Shown piece after piece: positions 36,051 through 45,250 of a stretch of 64,000 nt of DNA. Each line of letters begins with the position of its first letter. Positions within the stretch are counted from its first letter, which is position 1. Position numbers and translations under genes: made by a program. A model generated the notes under the pieces. It ran no database searches, had not been told where the DNA came from, and was given only the letters and a program-made list of their open reading frames with translations. Origin of the DNA: a virus (Duplodnaviria; Caudoviricetes); the IMG/VR virus record IMGVR_UViG_3300046615_000588, positions 37,396 through 101,395 of that record. The stretch is one strand, 5' to 3'.

Positions 36051-37436
36051 ATGAGCAAGATTCATTGGACTGAGCAAGAATTCGACGCATTGGCGCAGGC
36101 CTTGCGGCAGCAATTCCCCGATCGGGCCGCCGCCCAGGTCGTGACACCGCAGCAGTTCGTGTTCACCACGCATGAAGTTGTCGTGGCCATGCACAGCACT
36201 TTCCCACGCGAACGGCAGCGGGCGCTCACGCGGGGCATGGTCAAGAAGCTGGCGGGCAAGCTGATCGAGGCCAGCGGCAGTGTTCCGCCCTCGGCCCATC
36301 AGCGCCGGAAAGCGCCCTACGCGGTGGTGCGCTGGACCCCGGAAGAATGGCGGCTGTATGCGCTGTCGCTGATGCAGCTGTTCCCGCAATTGGACCTGCT
36401 CAACTCGCCCGACCTGGCCCGCCTGCGACTCAACCACCTGAACAAGGCCTGCGCCACAATGACGCAGGACAGGCAGCGCACCTTCCACGCCCTTGGCGCC
36501 CCGATCGCGCGCCTGCGGGCGATCTACGCCGAGGCCAGGCGCTCGGGCGACGGCATGTTCACCGGCGCGCCCGCCACGGAGAAAACAGCGCCACCGGCCG
36601 CCCCGGCCACGCTGCGCCCGGTGGTCACGGAAAGCGCCGCCCAGGCTCCCAGCTGCAAGATATTCTGGACCAAGACCGAATGGGTCAAGGTCGCCGCCGA
36701 GCTGCATCGCCAGTACCCGCATGCCAAGTACCCCGAACGCAATAACCTGGGCGCCCTGAATGCGGCCGACGTGTACGGCGCGCAGATCGTGCTGCCCGAC
36801 GAGCGCCGCCGCAAGAACCTGAAACAGGTGGCCATGTCGATGCTGCGCGGGCCGCTGACCGAGGCGTTCAAGACGGTGCGCGCCATGCAGGCCGAGGAAA
36901 GCCAGCAGAAGATGGCGCTGGCGCAGCAGGCGCATAGCGAGCTGCTGGCGCGCGCCGCCGCCATCGCGGCCGAGCCGAACCCATGGGAAGTCGCCTTCAA
37001 GCCCTTCGTCGATCTGCTGGTGCGCGAGATCGGCGCGCAGCTGCTGCCGGCGCTGCTCGACGGCCTGGCAAAAGCGGCCCCGCCGCGGCCAACGCCACCG
37101 GCGCACCTGTCCCTCGCGCCAGCGACGCCGGCCCGCAAGGTCATGCGCATCGGCGTCGTCGGCAACCGCAGCGTGTACGCCGACGACCTTGAGCGGCGCT
37201 TCCAGTCGGTCGAATTCGAGTGCATCGAAAGCAGCAAGAAGATCGACAGCGTGCGCAACTGCGACAAGGTGATCGTGCTGGTCAAGTTCGTGTCGCATGA
37301 GCTGGCCAAGCATGCCCGCCGCGCGGCCGGCGAGCGCTACGTGCCGATCAACGGCAGCGTGACCGACATGTACCGGGTGATTGGCGGCTGGTTGACCGAT
37401 TCCGCGAAGGAAACCAGTGTAGCTGCAGTTGGCTAA
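36051..37436 (+). CDS. Protein with three WTxxE(W/F) helical repeats and a DUF2325-like C-terminal domain
   Basis: KIHWTEQEF, VVRWTPEEW, KIFWTKTEW; IGVVG...CDKVIVLVKFVSH. Confidence 0.75.
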   Translation: MSKIHWTEQEFDALAQALRQQFPDRAAAQVVTPQQFVFTTHEVVVAMHSTFPRERQRALTRGMVKKLAGKLIEASGSVPPSAHQRRKAPYAVVRWTPEEWRLYALSLMQLFPQLDLLNSPDLARLRLNHLNKACATMTQDRQRTFHALGAPIARLRAIYAEARRSGDGMFTGAPATEKTAPPAAPATLRPVVTESAAQAPSCKIFWTKTEWVKVAAELHRQYPHAKYPERNNLGALNAADVYGAQIVLPDERRRKNLKQVAMSMLRGPLTEAFKTVRAMQAEESQQKMALAQQAHSELLARAAAIAAEPNPWEVAFKPFVDLLVREIGAQLLPALLDGLAKAAPPRPTPPAHLSLAPATPARKVMRIGVVGNRSVYADDLERRFQSVEFECIESSKKIDSVRNCDKVIVLVKFVSHELAKHARRAAGERYVPINGSVTDMYRVIGGWLTDSAKETSVAAVG

Positions 37437-38164
37437 TGCACTGGTACGAACGTTGTGCCAGCACGTTGCTGGTGCCCGACCAGACGCTCGATGGCGCTCT
37501 GCGTGGCGCCGTCGCGCTGGCCAGCATGCTGGGCTTTGAACATTGCGGTTATACCCTGGAGACGATCTTGCCGGTGAGTGCCCCCCGTTCCCTGTTTTTG
37601 ACCAATCTGGACGGCGAATTGCAGACCAGAGTCGAGGCGCACCGCACGCAGTCGGTCTTGCCCACGGCACGGCATGTGCGCCGTTCCTCCAAACTGATGC
37701 TGTGGCCGATCGAGGGGAATTCGCCCGAACTGTTCTGGATGGACATGCGCCGGCTCGGCGTGCGCGCCGGCTGGACCCTGGCCGCCCCCGAGCGCAGCCA
37801 TGCCATTGGCCGCTTCTCGGCGTTGCGCACCAGCGGCCCGTTCAGTCAATACGAACATGTGGCCGAGCTGCCGCGCTGGATGGTGTTGACCGAAATGATG
37901 GACAAGGTGGTGCGTAAGCTGGTCTCCCCTACCCTGCTGATGGACGATACCGTTGCGCTGACACGCGAAGAAAAAGAAGTGCTGGCATGGACGGCCGATG
38001 GGGCCACGTCCAAGGAGACCGCACGTCGGATGGACATTGCGCTGCGGCGGGTGGACTACCTGCGCCGCCAGGCGGTCGACAAGCTCGGTTGCAACAACAT
38101 CACCGACGGCGTGGTCAAGGCGCTGACCCTCGGGCTGCTGACGCGGCCGGTGGTGCCGCTATGA
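37436..38164 (+). CDS. LuxR-solo-type regulator with degenerate autoinducer-binding domain
   Basis: C-terminal LTREEKEVLAWTADG...KLG HTH; N-terminal GFEHCGY...PT.RH...W...G.R.GW. Confidence 0.85.
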   Translation: MHWYERCASTLLVPDQTLDGALRGAVALASMLGFEHCGYTLETILPVSAPRSLFLTNLDGELQTRVEAHRTQSVLPTARHVRRSSKLMLWPIEGNSPELFWMDMRRLGVRAGWTLAAPERSHAIGRFSALRTSGPFSQYEHVAELPRWMVLTEMMDKVVRKLVSPTLLMDDTVALTREEKEVLAWTADGATSKETARRMDIALRRVDYLRRQAVDKLGCNNITDGVVKALTLGLLTRPVVPL

Positions 38165-38565
38165 GCTTGGACGGCTGGGTCGGCTTCTATACGATCGGCG
38201 CCGATCGCGTGCCGGTCCCCTGCTTCGACGTGATGGAGTGGGGGCTGTGGCACGCCAACAACCTGGCCGCCTGCCGGGTCGGCGACGACCGCACCGAACA
38301 TTATCGGGTCAGCACCGTGTTCCTCGCGCTCGATCATAACCACTTCCGGCAAGACGACCCGATCCTGTTCGAGACCATGGTGTTCTTCACCGACGGCGAG
38401 TATGGCGCCATGGAGCGCTATCGCACCTGGGCCGAGGCGGCGGCCGGCCACGAGCGCATCCGCTCGATGCTGGAGCGCGAGTACGCCGACGCCCACCAGC
38501 TGACACTGGCGACGCTGCGCGCATTGCTGGCGGCGCCCACCCACGCACAACCAGGAACAGCATGA
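38161..38565 (+). CDS. Conserved phage hypothetical protein
   Basis: VSTVFL.LDH...LFETMVF...RY.TW.EA..GH pattern. Confidence 0.75.
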   Translation: MSLDGWVGFYTIGADRVPVPCFDVMEWGLWHANNLAACRVGDDRTEHYRVSTVFLALDHNHFRQDDPILFETMVFFTDGEYGAMERYRTWAEAAAGHERIRSMLEREYADAHQLTLATLRALLAAPTHAQPGTA

Positions 38566-38789
38566 AAATGACGACGATCGGCCTGCCGATATGGGTGATC
38601 TACGCGCATCCCAAGGATTCCCCGGATGCCTTTGTGGCGCGGTTGTGGGATGGCATGACGGACCAGCCGACCGCCTCCTATCTGGTGGCCCCGACGTTGG
38701 CCGCGCTGCGCCTGCGTCTGCCGCCCGATCTGCACCGCCTGCAGCGCAACACGCAAGACGAACCCCACGTAATGGAGAGCTGGATATGA
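38562..38789 (+). CDS. Hypothetical protein
   Basis: AGGA SD; coupled. Confidence 0.7.
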   Translation: MKMTTIGLPIWVIYAHPKDSPDAFVARLWDGMTDQPTASYLVAPTLAALRLRLPPDLHRLQRNTQDEPHVMESWI

Positions 38790-39094
38790 CGCACGACTGC
38801 TACAAACCCATCGACACGCCGGATGGCATGCTGATCGAGCCGTGCCCCGTGTGCAATGCCCGCGCCAGCCTGTGGCGCCAAAGCGAAGCGCCGGATGCGC
38901 CCACCACCACCGCCGTCATGTGCAGCAACGGCAAACGCTTCGGCCCGCAGGACGGGCTGGTCAACGAGGGCTGCCTGCTGTACATGCCACCAGAGGACTT
39001 CCATCGCGGCACAATCCGCGAGGCGGTGCGCTACTGGAACGAGTACGCGCTGGCGTTGCGCGAACTGAGCTTGCAAAACCTCATCAACGCATGA
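38786..39094 (+). CDS. Zinc-binding hypothetical protein (Lar-like pattern)
   Basis: PCPVC...EAVRYWN. Confidence 0.6.
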   Translation: MTHDCYKPIDTPDGMLIEPCPVCNARASLWRQSEAPDAPTTTAVMCSNGKRFGPQDGLVNEGCLLYMPPEDFHRGTIREAVRYWNEYALALRELSLQNLINA

Positions 39095-39318
39095 GCGCGC
39101 CCTATTACATCGCCGTCTACGGCGGCTTTCTCGTCATCGAAACCTACCCGGATGGCGCCGGGCGTTACATCACCAAGGTCTACACGGTGCCCAACGTGCG
39201 CCATGCCACGCCCTGGCCGAACTTCCTGATCGCTGACTCCGCCGCCAAGTGGGCGGTCGGCCAGCTGTACCCGCCGGACCTGCGCTACTTCGCCATCCTG
39301 ACAGGAGCATTCGCATGA
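39091..39318 (+). CDS. Hypothetical protein
   Basis: ATGA-coupled. Confidence 0.6.
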   Translation: MSAPYYIAVYGGFLVIETYPDGAGRYITKVYTVPNVRHATPWPNFLIADSAAKWAVGQLYPPDLRYFAILTGAFA

Positions 39319-39569
39319 CCGTGACCGTAGCCGGCAACACCTATTCCGTAACCAGCACCCGCGGCTGCCGCGTCATCGACGGCTGGGTGCCAATCAGCGA
39401 CATGGCCGTGCTGATGCGCGCCTGGGCCGACAAGGGCCAGCACGCCGACGACGAATGGGTTGTCGATGGCCAGCTGTCGGAGCACCTGGGCGTGAACATG
39501 GTCTGCGGGCCGCGCTCGGCCACCACCGCATGGCGGGCAGCGCTTGGCCTGACGCCACCTACCCCTTAA
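39315..39569 (+). CDS. Hypothetical protein
   Basis: AGGAG SD; ATGA-coupled. Confidence 0.6.
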   Translation: MTVTVAGNTYSVTSTRGCRVIDGWVPISDMAVLMRAWADKGQHADDEWVVDGQLSEHLGVNMVCGPRSATTAWRAALGLTPPTP

Positions 39570-39581
39570 CGAAAGCAAAAC

Positions 39582-39944
39582 ATGGAAAACGACCAACAAC
39601 CGACCGACGACAGCGCTACCATGACCCCGGAGCGCGGCAACCAGGTGGCCTCGTTCGCCGCCTACCTGACCCAGCAAATGCTCGACGCCATCACCTCTGA
39701 CGACAACGTGCTGCGCTGGGAAGACGTGGTGCTCGCCGCCGCGATGGCCTGTCGCGCCATCGGCCAGGTGGGCACCATCATGGCCGCCAAGGAAACCGGC
39801 AAGGAACACGATCAGGAGGAAACCGACCAGCGCATCGCCGCCATACTGGCCAGAGCGCACGCAATCAAGATGGTCGCCGTCAAGGTTAACGACATACAAG
39901 AAGCCGGCGCCTACATGGACGGTGTCGCTAACGGGTTCCACTGA
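39582..39944 (+). CDS. Hypothetical protein
   Basis: Native codon usage. Confidence 0.65.
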   Translation: MENDQQPTDDSATMTPERGNQVASFAAYLTQQMLDAITSDDNVLRWEDVVLAAAMACRAIGQVGTIMAAKETGKEHDQEETDQRIAAILARAHAIKMVAVKVNDIQEAGAYMDGVANGFH

Positions 39945-40591
39945 TGGAGGGGGTGAAAATCTTCGATACCAGCAACGTGCGCGACTGCAGTGACGAGGTG
40001 ATCGCCGCGCCTGGCCGGCCGCGCATCATGCCGGCCGACTACTACCGCGCCACCAGCGTCGTGGAACGCGCCCTGCTGGGTGCCCGCAACGCACTGTACG
40101 GCTTGCCCACGACCGAGCTGGTGGGATGGGTCGGCAACGAGATCGGCGGACGCAGCGCGATCGAGATCGGCGCCGGGCACGGAGCGCTGGCCGGCGCGCT
40201 GGGCATTGCCGCTACCGACAGCTGGATGCAGCATGATCCGATCATCGCCGCGCTGTACGCGACCACAGGCCAGAGGGTCATCAGCTACGGCCCCAACGTG
40301 TTCAAGATGGCCGCCGACGAAGCCATCGACTACTACAAGCCGCAGGTGGTGGTGGCCTGCTGGGTCACGCACAAGTGGCGCGAGGACCGGCCCGAGGCGG
40401 GCGGCAACATGATCGGCGTGGACGAGGAAGCGCTGATCGACGCCTGCGAGAGCTACATTTTCATCGGCAACGAGCAGGTGCACCGCCACAAGTCGATCTG
40501 GAGCCGGCCGCACCGGATCATCTACCCGGACTGGCTGTATTCACGCGCACACAACGGCTCAAGGGATTTCATTGCGGTATGGGGCAAGTGA
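39944..40591 (+). CDS. SAM-dependent methyltransferase-like protein
   Basis: IEIGAGHG motif I. Confidence 0.65.
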   Translation: MEGVKIFDTSNVRDCSDEVIAAPGRPRIMPADYYRATSVVERALLGARNALYGLPTTELVGWVGNEIGGRSAIEIGAGHGALAGALGIAATDSWMQHDPIIAALYATTGQRVISYGPNVFKMAADEAIDYYKPQVVVACWVTHKWREDRPEAGGNMIGVDEEALIDACESYIFIGNEQVHRHKSIWSRPHRIIYPDWLYSRAHNGSRDFIAVWGK

Positions 40592-40926
40592 TGGACGACA
40601 AGATCGAGATCGAGCTGCGGCTGCCCGACGAGCTGGCGCGCAACCTGGCGCAATTCGCCCATGATGTGGGCCAGACCATGGACGAGCTGGTGGAGAACGC
40701 GCTGACGTGGGCGTTGCAACGGCGCGGCAGTCGCAACGGGCGCGAGGGGCGCTATGTCGGCAAGTTTCGCGGGCGCCACCTGCGCACGACCAAGCTGCTG
40801 TTCTACGGTGACGGGCGCATCGTGCCGGATGCCGATGTCGCCTGGGGTGAGGCCTCGCGCCGTGCCGGCGAACCGCTGCCAGTGCGCCGTCCACGCTATA
40901 TCACCAAGGGGTTGCGCAATGGCTGA
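40591..40926 (+). CDS. Ribbon-helix-helix (CopG-like) protein
   Basis: IELRLPDELARNL...GQTMDELVENAL. Confidence 0.6.
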   Translation: MDDKIEIELRLPDELARNLAQFAHDVGQTMDELVENALTWALQRRGSRNGREGRYVGKFRGRHLRTTKLLFYGDGRIVPDADVAWGEASRRAGEPLPVRRPRYITKGLRNG

Positions 40927-41536
40927 CATGGAAGCAATCCGCGCCCGCGGCGCCGATCCGGCCATGCTGGTCGAGGCGCAGAAACGCTCCGATGCGATCT
41001 ATGCGCGCATCGACACGGTGGCGGGGCAAAAGCTGGCCGAGCGGGCCAGGGCGGCCAACAGCAAGCAGGCCAAGGTGGTGCTGCTGCGCCAGCTGGCCGA
41101 CGGCGTGGTCAAGGCGTCGGCGGGGATTGCCCCATGCAAAAAGGGCTGCAACCACTGCTGCAAGATGGCCACGCTGGTGTCGGTGCAGGAGGCCGAAGTG
41201 ATCGCGCGCGAGACAGGCGCGAAGCTGACGATGCCCGCCAAGTTCAACCAGTTCGGCGGCGAATTGCAAAAGAAGTACGAGGGAGTGGCGTGCAGTTTTC
41301 TGACCGAACAGGGGTGCAGCATCTATGCGCAGCGGCCGTATGCCTGCCGGGTGCATGTGTCGGTCGATGCTGACGCCTTGCTGTGCGAGATCGTGCCGGG
41401 CGTGAAAATACGTTCGCCGAACTTCAATGCGACCAGCTACGACACGGCGTTCGTGCAGGCGTTTGGTGGGGCGTTGACGATGAAGTATGCGGATATCAGG
41501 GAGTTTTTCGTGCCGGGGGCCGGCAGGAAAGCGTAG
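40919..41536 (+). CDS. YkgJ-family cysteine-cluster protein
   Basis: CKKGCNHCC...CSFL...CSIYAQRPYACR. Confidence 0.85.
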   Translation: MADMEAIRARGADPAMLVEAQKRSDAIYARIDTVAGQKLAERARAANSKQAKVVLLRQLADGVVKASAGIAPCKKGCNHCCKMATLVSVQEAEVIARETGAKLTMPAKFNQFGGELQKKYEGVACSFLTEQGCSIYAQRPYACRVHVSVDADALLCEIVPGVKIRSPNFNATSYDTAFVQAFGGALTMKYADIREFFVPGAGRKA

Positions 41537-41580
41537 GACGCGACGCGGGCGAGCCGCGTGCTGGGAGAAAGGAGGCGCGC

Positions 41581-41934
41581 ATGACAGCGCGTAAACCATT
41601 GACTCTGACACTGGAAGAACAAAGCCACCAGTGGTGCCAGCTGATGGCGGGCACCATTATCCGCGCGCGCCGCGAGCGTCGCTGGTCGCAGCGCCAGCTC
41701 GGCGCCAAGGTGGGCCTGAGTCAATCGCAGATATCGGTGCTGGAGAGCGACCCCGACGCTATGCACGTCGGCCGCCTGTACGGCACCTTGCGCGCGCTCG
41801 GCATCGACCTGGTGATGCAGCCGCTGTCGCCAGCCGATGCGCAACTGGTGCGGCGCCGGCGCAGCGATCGGCTGGCGGTGCGTGAAACCAGCGCGGCGAA
41901 TGACCAGACCGGGGCACTCGGCCCGGCGGCTTGA
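41581..41934 (+). CDS. HipB-like XRE HTH protein (orphan)
   Basis: RARRERRWSQRQLGAKVGLSQSQISVLESDP; AAGGAGG SD. Confidence 0.75.
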   Translation: MTARKPLTLTLEEQSHQWCQLMAGTIIRARRERRWSQRQLGAKVGLSQSQISVLESDPDAMHVGRLYGTLRALGIDLVMQPLSPADAQLVRRRRSDRLAVRETSAANDQTGALGPAA

Positions 41935-41953
41935 ATGACACGGAGACCAGCAG

Positions 41954-42322
41954 ATGGCCGGCACGCGATTTTCCAAACCAGAGGGGATCAGGCGGTTGAA
42001 CCTGGTCGTCGAATATCTGATCGAGCATGGCGCCGCCAGCGACGAGCATATCGGCGCGCTGCTCGCTATCACACCGAAGTCGGCGCTGGTGTACCTGAAC
42101 CGGCTGCGCGCCGACGGCCGCGCGCACCGACGCGCCGGCACCCAGCTGTGGGAACCCGGCCCCGGCCAGACCTGGCTCAAGGCCGAACAAGGCGCACCCG
42201 ACACTGCGCCAACGCAGCGCAGTTGCGCCCACTGGCAAACCGGCCACGCGCGGCGCGACTACCTGGTCGAGGCGCTGTTCGGGCCGGCCGCCAACGCCGG
42301 TGTCAACGCGGTGCGCGCGTAG
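41954..42322 (+). CDS. Hypothetical winged-HTH protein
   Basis: GGAG SD; YLNRLRADG; RRDYLVEALFG motif. Confidence 0.6.
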   Translation: MAGTRFSKPEGIRRLNLVVEYLIEHGAASDEHIGALLAITPKSALVYLNRLRADGRAHRRAGTQLWEPGPGQTWLKAEQGAPDTAPTQRSCAHWQTGHARRDYLVEALFGPAANAGVNAVRA

Positions 42323-42613
42323 ATGGACAAGGATACCAAGAAGGTGGTCAAGGCCGCGTGCGAGCGGGGCTGGACCCTGTTGGGCGGCAACAAGCACCCG
42401 ATCCTGCAGCACATACTGTCGGGGCGCAAGGTGGCGGTCCCATCGTCGCCGTCGTGTCCGCATTCGTCCAAGAACACGCAGAAGGATATCGAGCGGGTCG
42501 AGCGCGAATACGCCGCCGGCAAGGATTTCTGTTCGCCCGACCAGTGCCTGTGCCGCGTGCTGGGCGAAGACCCGAGCAACTGTGCCATGGGCGTGCCCAG
42601 GAGCGCCACCTGA
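42323..42613 (+). CDS. HicA-like protein
   Basis: GW...GNKH.ILQH...G.KVAVP.SPS pattern. Confidence 0.6.
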   Translation: MDKDTKKVVKAACERGWTLLGGNKHPILQHILSGRKVAVPSSPSCPHSSKNTQKDIERVEREYAAGKDFCSPDQCLCRVLGEDPSNCAMGVPRSAT

Positions 42614-42972
42614 TGCGCATACTGGTGACGGGCGGGCGCGACTACACCGACCAGACCGAAGTGGACAACGCGCTCGACGCGGTGCACCGCAAGCATGGCA
42701 TCACGCTGCTGATAGAAGGCGGTGCGCGCGGCGCCGACCGGCTGGCGCGCAGCTGGGCCAGGCGCAACAACGTCCTGCTGTGCACCTTTGAAGCGGAATG
42801 GGGCAAGTACGGCAAGGCCGTCGCCGGGCCGCTGCGCAACGGGCGCATGCTCAGCGAGGGCCGCCCCGAGGCGGTGGTGGCCTTCCCCGGCGGCGCCGGG
42901 ACGGCCGACATGGTGGCGAAAGCCGAAGCGGCCAGGGTGCCGGTGTGGAAAACAGGAGGCTGGTCCAGATGA
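42613..42972 (+). CDS. YspA/SLOG-family (DUF2493-like) protein
   Basis: ILVTGGRDY, GGARGAD, AGPLRN and AFPGG.GTADM motifs. Confidence 0.85.
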   Translation: MRILVTGGRDYTDQTEVDNALDAVHRKHGITLLIEGGARGADRLARSWARRNNVLLCTFEAEWGKYGKAVAGPLRNGRMLSEGRPEAVVAFPGGAGTADMVAKAEAARVPVWKTGGWSR

Positions 42973-43568
42973 ACGACAAGAGTGTAGCCGAGGTCGTGAT
43001 GTTGATCATCGCCGCCTACGACGAGGAACTGACCATCATGCGCCGCGAACGCGACGAGGCCAAGTCGGCCGCGCGCCAGGCGGAGGCCAACGCGCGTCAC
43101 TGGCAATCGAACCATGCCGACCAAGTGGCGCGCTGTGCGCTGCTGCGCGAGCGCCCTGACCTGCCGGTCGATCGGATTCCGGCTTACAAGGAGCTGGTGC
43201 GCCTGCAGCAGGCACAGGCGCAGCAAGGCGAAGCCAAAACGCCAGCACCACTGTTTGACCGCAAGTTGGCCGATCTAGAGCAGCGCGGCTACGCAGTGAT
43301 CGGCCGCATCTTGCACAAGGACGGCCAGTACGCGCTGTTCGATAGCTCGTGCCGCTGGCTCACCAAGCCACAATATCAGCGACTGATGCACGAACAGGAC
43401 GGCTCGCTGTTTTCCGCACCCGCTGTTGCGGAGGGCTGGCGCGATCTGACGCAAGACGAAGTACGCAAAATATACAGAATGTGGGGTCACTGCCAGGAAA
43501 CGCCCATGGCACTGTTCAAACGATTCAAGGACGCGGCCTCCGCGCCGGCGCCGGAGGGCCAGCCATGA
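42969..43568 (+). CDS. Mosaic phage hypothetical protein
   Basis: AGGAGG SD; coiled coil; WRDLTQDE module. Confidence 0.65.
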   Translation: MNDKSVAEVVMLIIAAYDEELTIMRRERDEAKSAARQAEANARHWQSNHADQVARCALLRERPDLPVDRIPAYKELVRLQQAQAQQGEAKTPAPLFDRKLADLEQRGYAVIGRILHKDGQYALFDSSCRWLTKPQYQRLMHEQDGSLFSAPAVAEGWRDLTQDEVRKIYRMWGHCQETPMALFKRFKDAASAPAPEGQP

Positions 43569-44113
43569 GCGCAAAAATCGGAACGGTGCGCATGGAGCGC
43601 AACCGCGCTATCCAAGGCCAAAAGGATATGCGCCGACACAACCGCGAATTGGCCAAGGAAATCGCCGAACTCCGCGCAGCCAGCGAAAAACAAACTGGGC
43701 CGGGAAGCCCATCGGCACGGCTAAGCTGGTTGCTGGGTGAACTGGCCAGGTTGTTCCCGGACGCCACGAACCTGTATGGCGCCGCACCGCCGGAGATCGC
43801 GTACTTTGAAAAGCTGACACAACTTGCGAACCGCCAAGCGCAGCAGGTGGCAAAACAATGCCCGATTTGCGAAAGCCATAAGGTTAAGCAGTATCACGAG
43901 TGTAGTGACTGTGGCACCTACTACGCCGATGGTGATGACCTCGATGCCAACGCCGCTCGTGGCAAACAACTTGCGGCGCAGCAGGGCGATAAACCATTCT
44001 GCTACATGAGTGAAACTTACGAGGTTGCGCTACTTACCGAGCCGCCGAAGGCAGGTAGCCAGTATGCCGATATGTTCCCGGTGTATCGAAGGAAGCTAAA
44101 TGAAAACCAGTGA
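43565..44113 (+). CDS. Mosaic hypothetical protein with zinc ribbon
   Basis: CPIC...CSDC. Confidence 0.6.
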   Translation: MSAKIGTVRMERNRAIQGQKDMRRHNRELAKEIAELRAASEKQTGPGSPSARLSWLLGELARLFPDATNLYGAAPPEIAYFEKLTQLANRQAQQVAKQCPICESHKVKQYHECSDCGTYYADGDDLDANAARGKQLAAQQGDKPFCYMSETYEVALLTEPPKAGSQYADMFPVYRRKLNENQ

Positions 44114-44354
44114 CATCGTGCTGACCACCAATGTCAAACTGCGCAACCGGGTCGTCAAACCAACCATGCAGGCGACCTTTAAGTCCAATCCCGGCACAGC
44201 CATGTGCTTCCTGTATTGCGGCAGCGTCACACCGGACGAAGACCCGGTGCAGCGCGCCAAGCGCGTGCTGGAGTGGATGGGCTGGGTGCTGCCGCCGGCC
44301 GAGGGCGACGACGAGGGCATCGCCGCGGCGATGGCCGCCAGGGAGACACCATGA
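44100..44354 (+). CDS. Hypothetical protein
   Basis: AAGGA SD; coupled. Confidence 0.6.
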   Translation: MKTSDIVLTTNVKLRNRVVKPTMQATFKSNPGTAMCFLYCGSVTPDEDPVQRAKRVLEWMGWVLPPAEGDDEGIAAAMAARETP

Positions 44355-44455
44355 GCGACGAAGCCATCCGAATCATTGCCTATGACGCGCGCCTGCTCGG
44401 GTTTTTCGCGTTGGTAGGCTTCATCGTCTGGCTTTGCTCAAAAGACGGCACATAG
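44351..44455 (+). CDS. 34-aa single-TM peptide
   Basis: GGGAG SD; ATGA overlap; hydrophobic helix. Confidence 0.5.
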   Translation: MSDEAIRIIAYDARLLGFFALVGFIVWLCSKDGT

Positions 44456-44465
44456 GACATTCACC

Positions 44466-44837
44466 ATGAACGACGACAAGGTAGTACACGCCTTCCCCAG
44501 CGCCCAACTGCCAGAAAACCTGATCACGGTGGAGCCGCGCAATCCAGCGCTGCCTTACCACTGCGACCACCCGGCGCTGCGTTTGGACGAACACGAGCGC
44601 ACGGTGCATTGCGCCGCCTGCACTGCCACGCTGGACCCGTTCAACTTCCTGCTCAACAACGCCAGGACGTTGCAAACAGCCTGGCAGAACTATCGGTCCA
44701 CGCGCACCATGGTCGGCGAGCTGCAGGAGCGCGTCACGGTGTTGAAGAAAGAGGAAGCGCGCCTGCGCAGCGCCGTCAAACGCCTGCAGGCGAAAGTGCC
44801 CGCGCCGCTGGACGTGCGCGGCAACCCCACGCCATGA
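44466..44837 (+). CDS. Conserved phage protein (zinc-binding plus coiled coil)
   Basis: CDH...VHCAAC...LDPF pattern. Confidence 0.7.
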   Translation: MNDDKVVHAFPSAQLPENLITVEPRNPALPYHCDHPALRLDEHERTVHCAACTATLDPFNFLLNNARTLQTAWQNYRSTRTMVGELQERVTVLKKEEARLRSAVKRLQAKVPAPLDVRGNPTP

Positions 44838-44870
44838 GCGTGATATGTTCCCGGTGTATCGGAGGCGACC

Positions 44871-45236
44871 GTGAGTAAGCCAAAGCAGGGCCAGATCGTG
44901 CGCATGTTCCGCGCCGCGATCCCGACGTTCGAGTGTGTGCCGGGGTGCACCGACTGCTGCGGCCCGGTGCCGGCCAGCGAATGGGAACTGAAACGCCTAC
45001 CCAGGCTGGACCCGGCCACGCGCGTCGCCTGCTACACGGCCGATGGACTGTCCTGCCCGCACAAGGGGCCGCTTGGGTGCATGGTGTACGAGGAACGTCC
45101 GCTGGTGTGCCGCCTGTTCGGCACGGTTGAGAAACTGCCCTGCCCGCACGGCCGGCGCCCGGCAAAGCTGCTCGATCCACAGGTCGAGCGCGAAATCCTG
45201 CGCTACACCAGCGGCGTGAAGCACGAACTACTATAG
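44871..45236 (+). CDS. YkgJ-family cysteine-cluster protein, second copy
   Basis: CVPGCTDCCG...CPH...GCMVYEERPLVCRLFG; GGAGG SD. Confidence 0.85.
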   Translation: MSKPKQGQIVRMFRAAIPTFECVPGCTDCCGPVPASEWELKRLPRLDPATRVACYTADGLSCPHKGPLGCMVYEERPLVCRLFGTVEKLPCPHGRRPAKLLDPQVEREILRYTSGVKHELL

Positions 45237-45250
45237 AAGACTATAGAAGG

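Noticed and set aside
14720-45150. Polarised KOPS (GGGNAGGG) motifs pointing to the dif-like site
   Set aside because: The few copies spotted occur in both orientations on the same side; no clear skew without a full count
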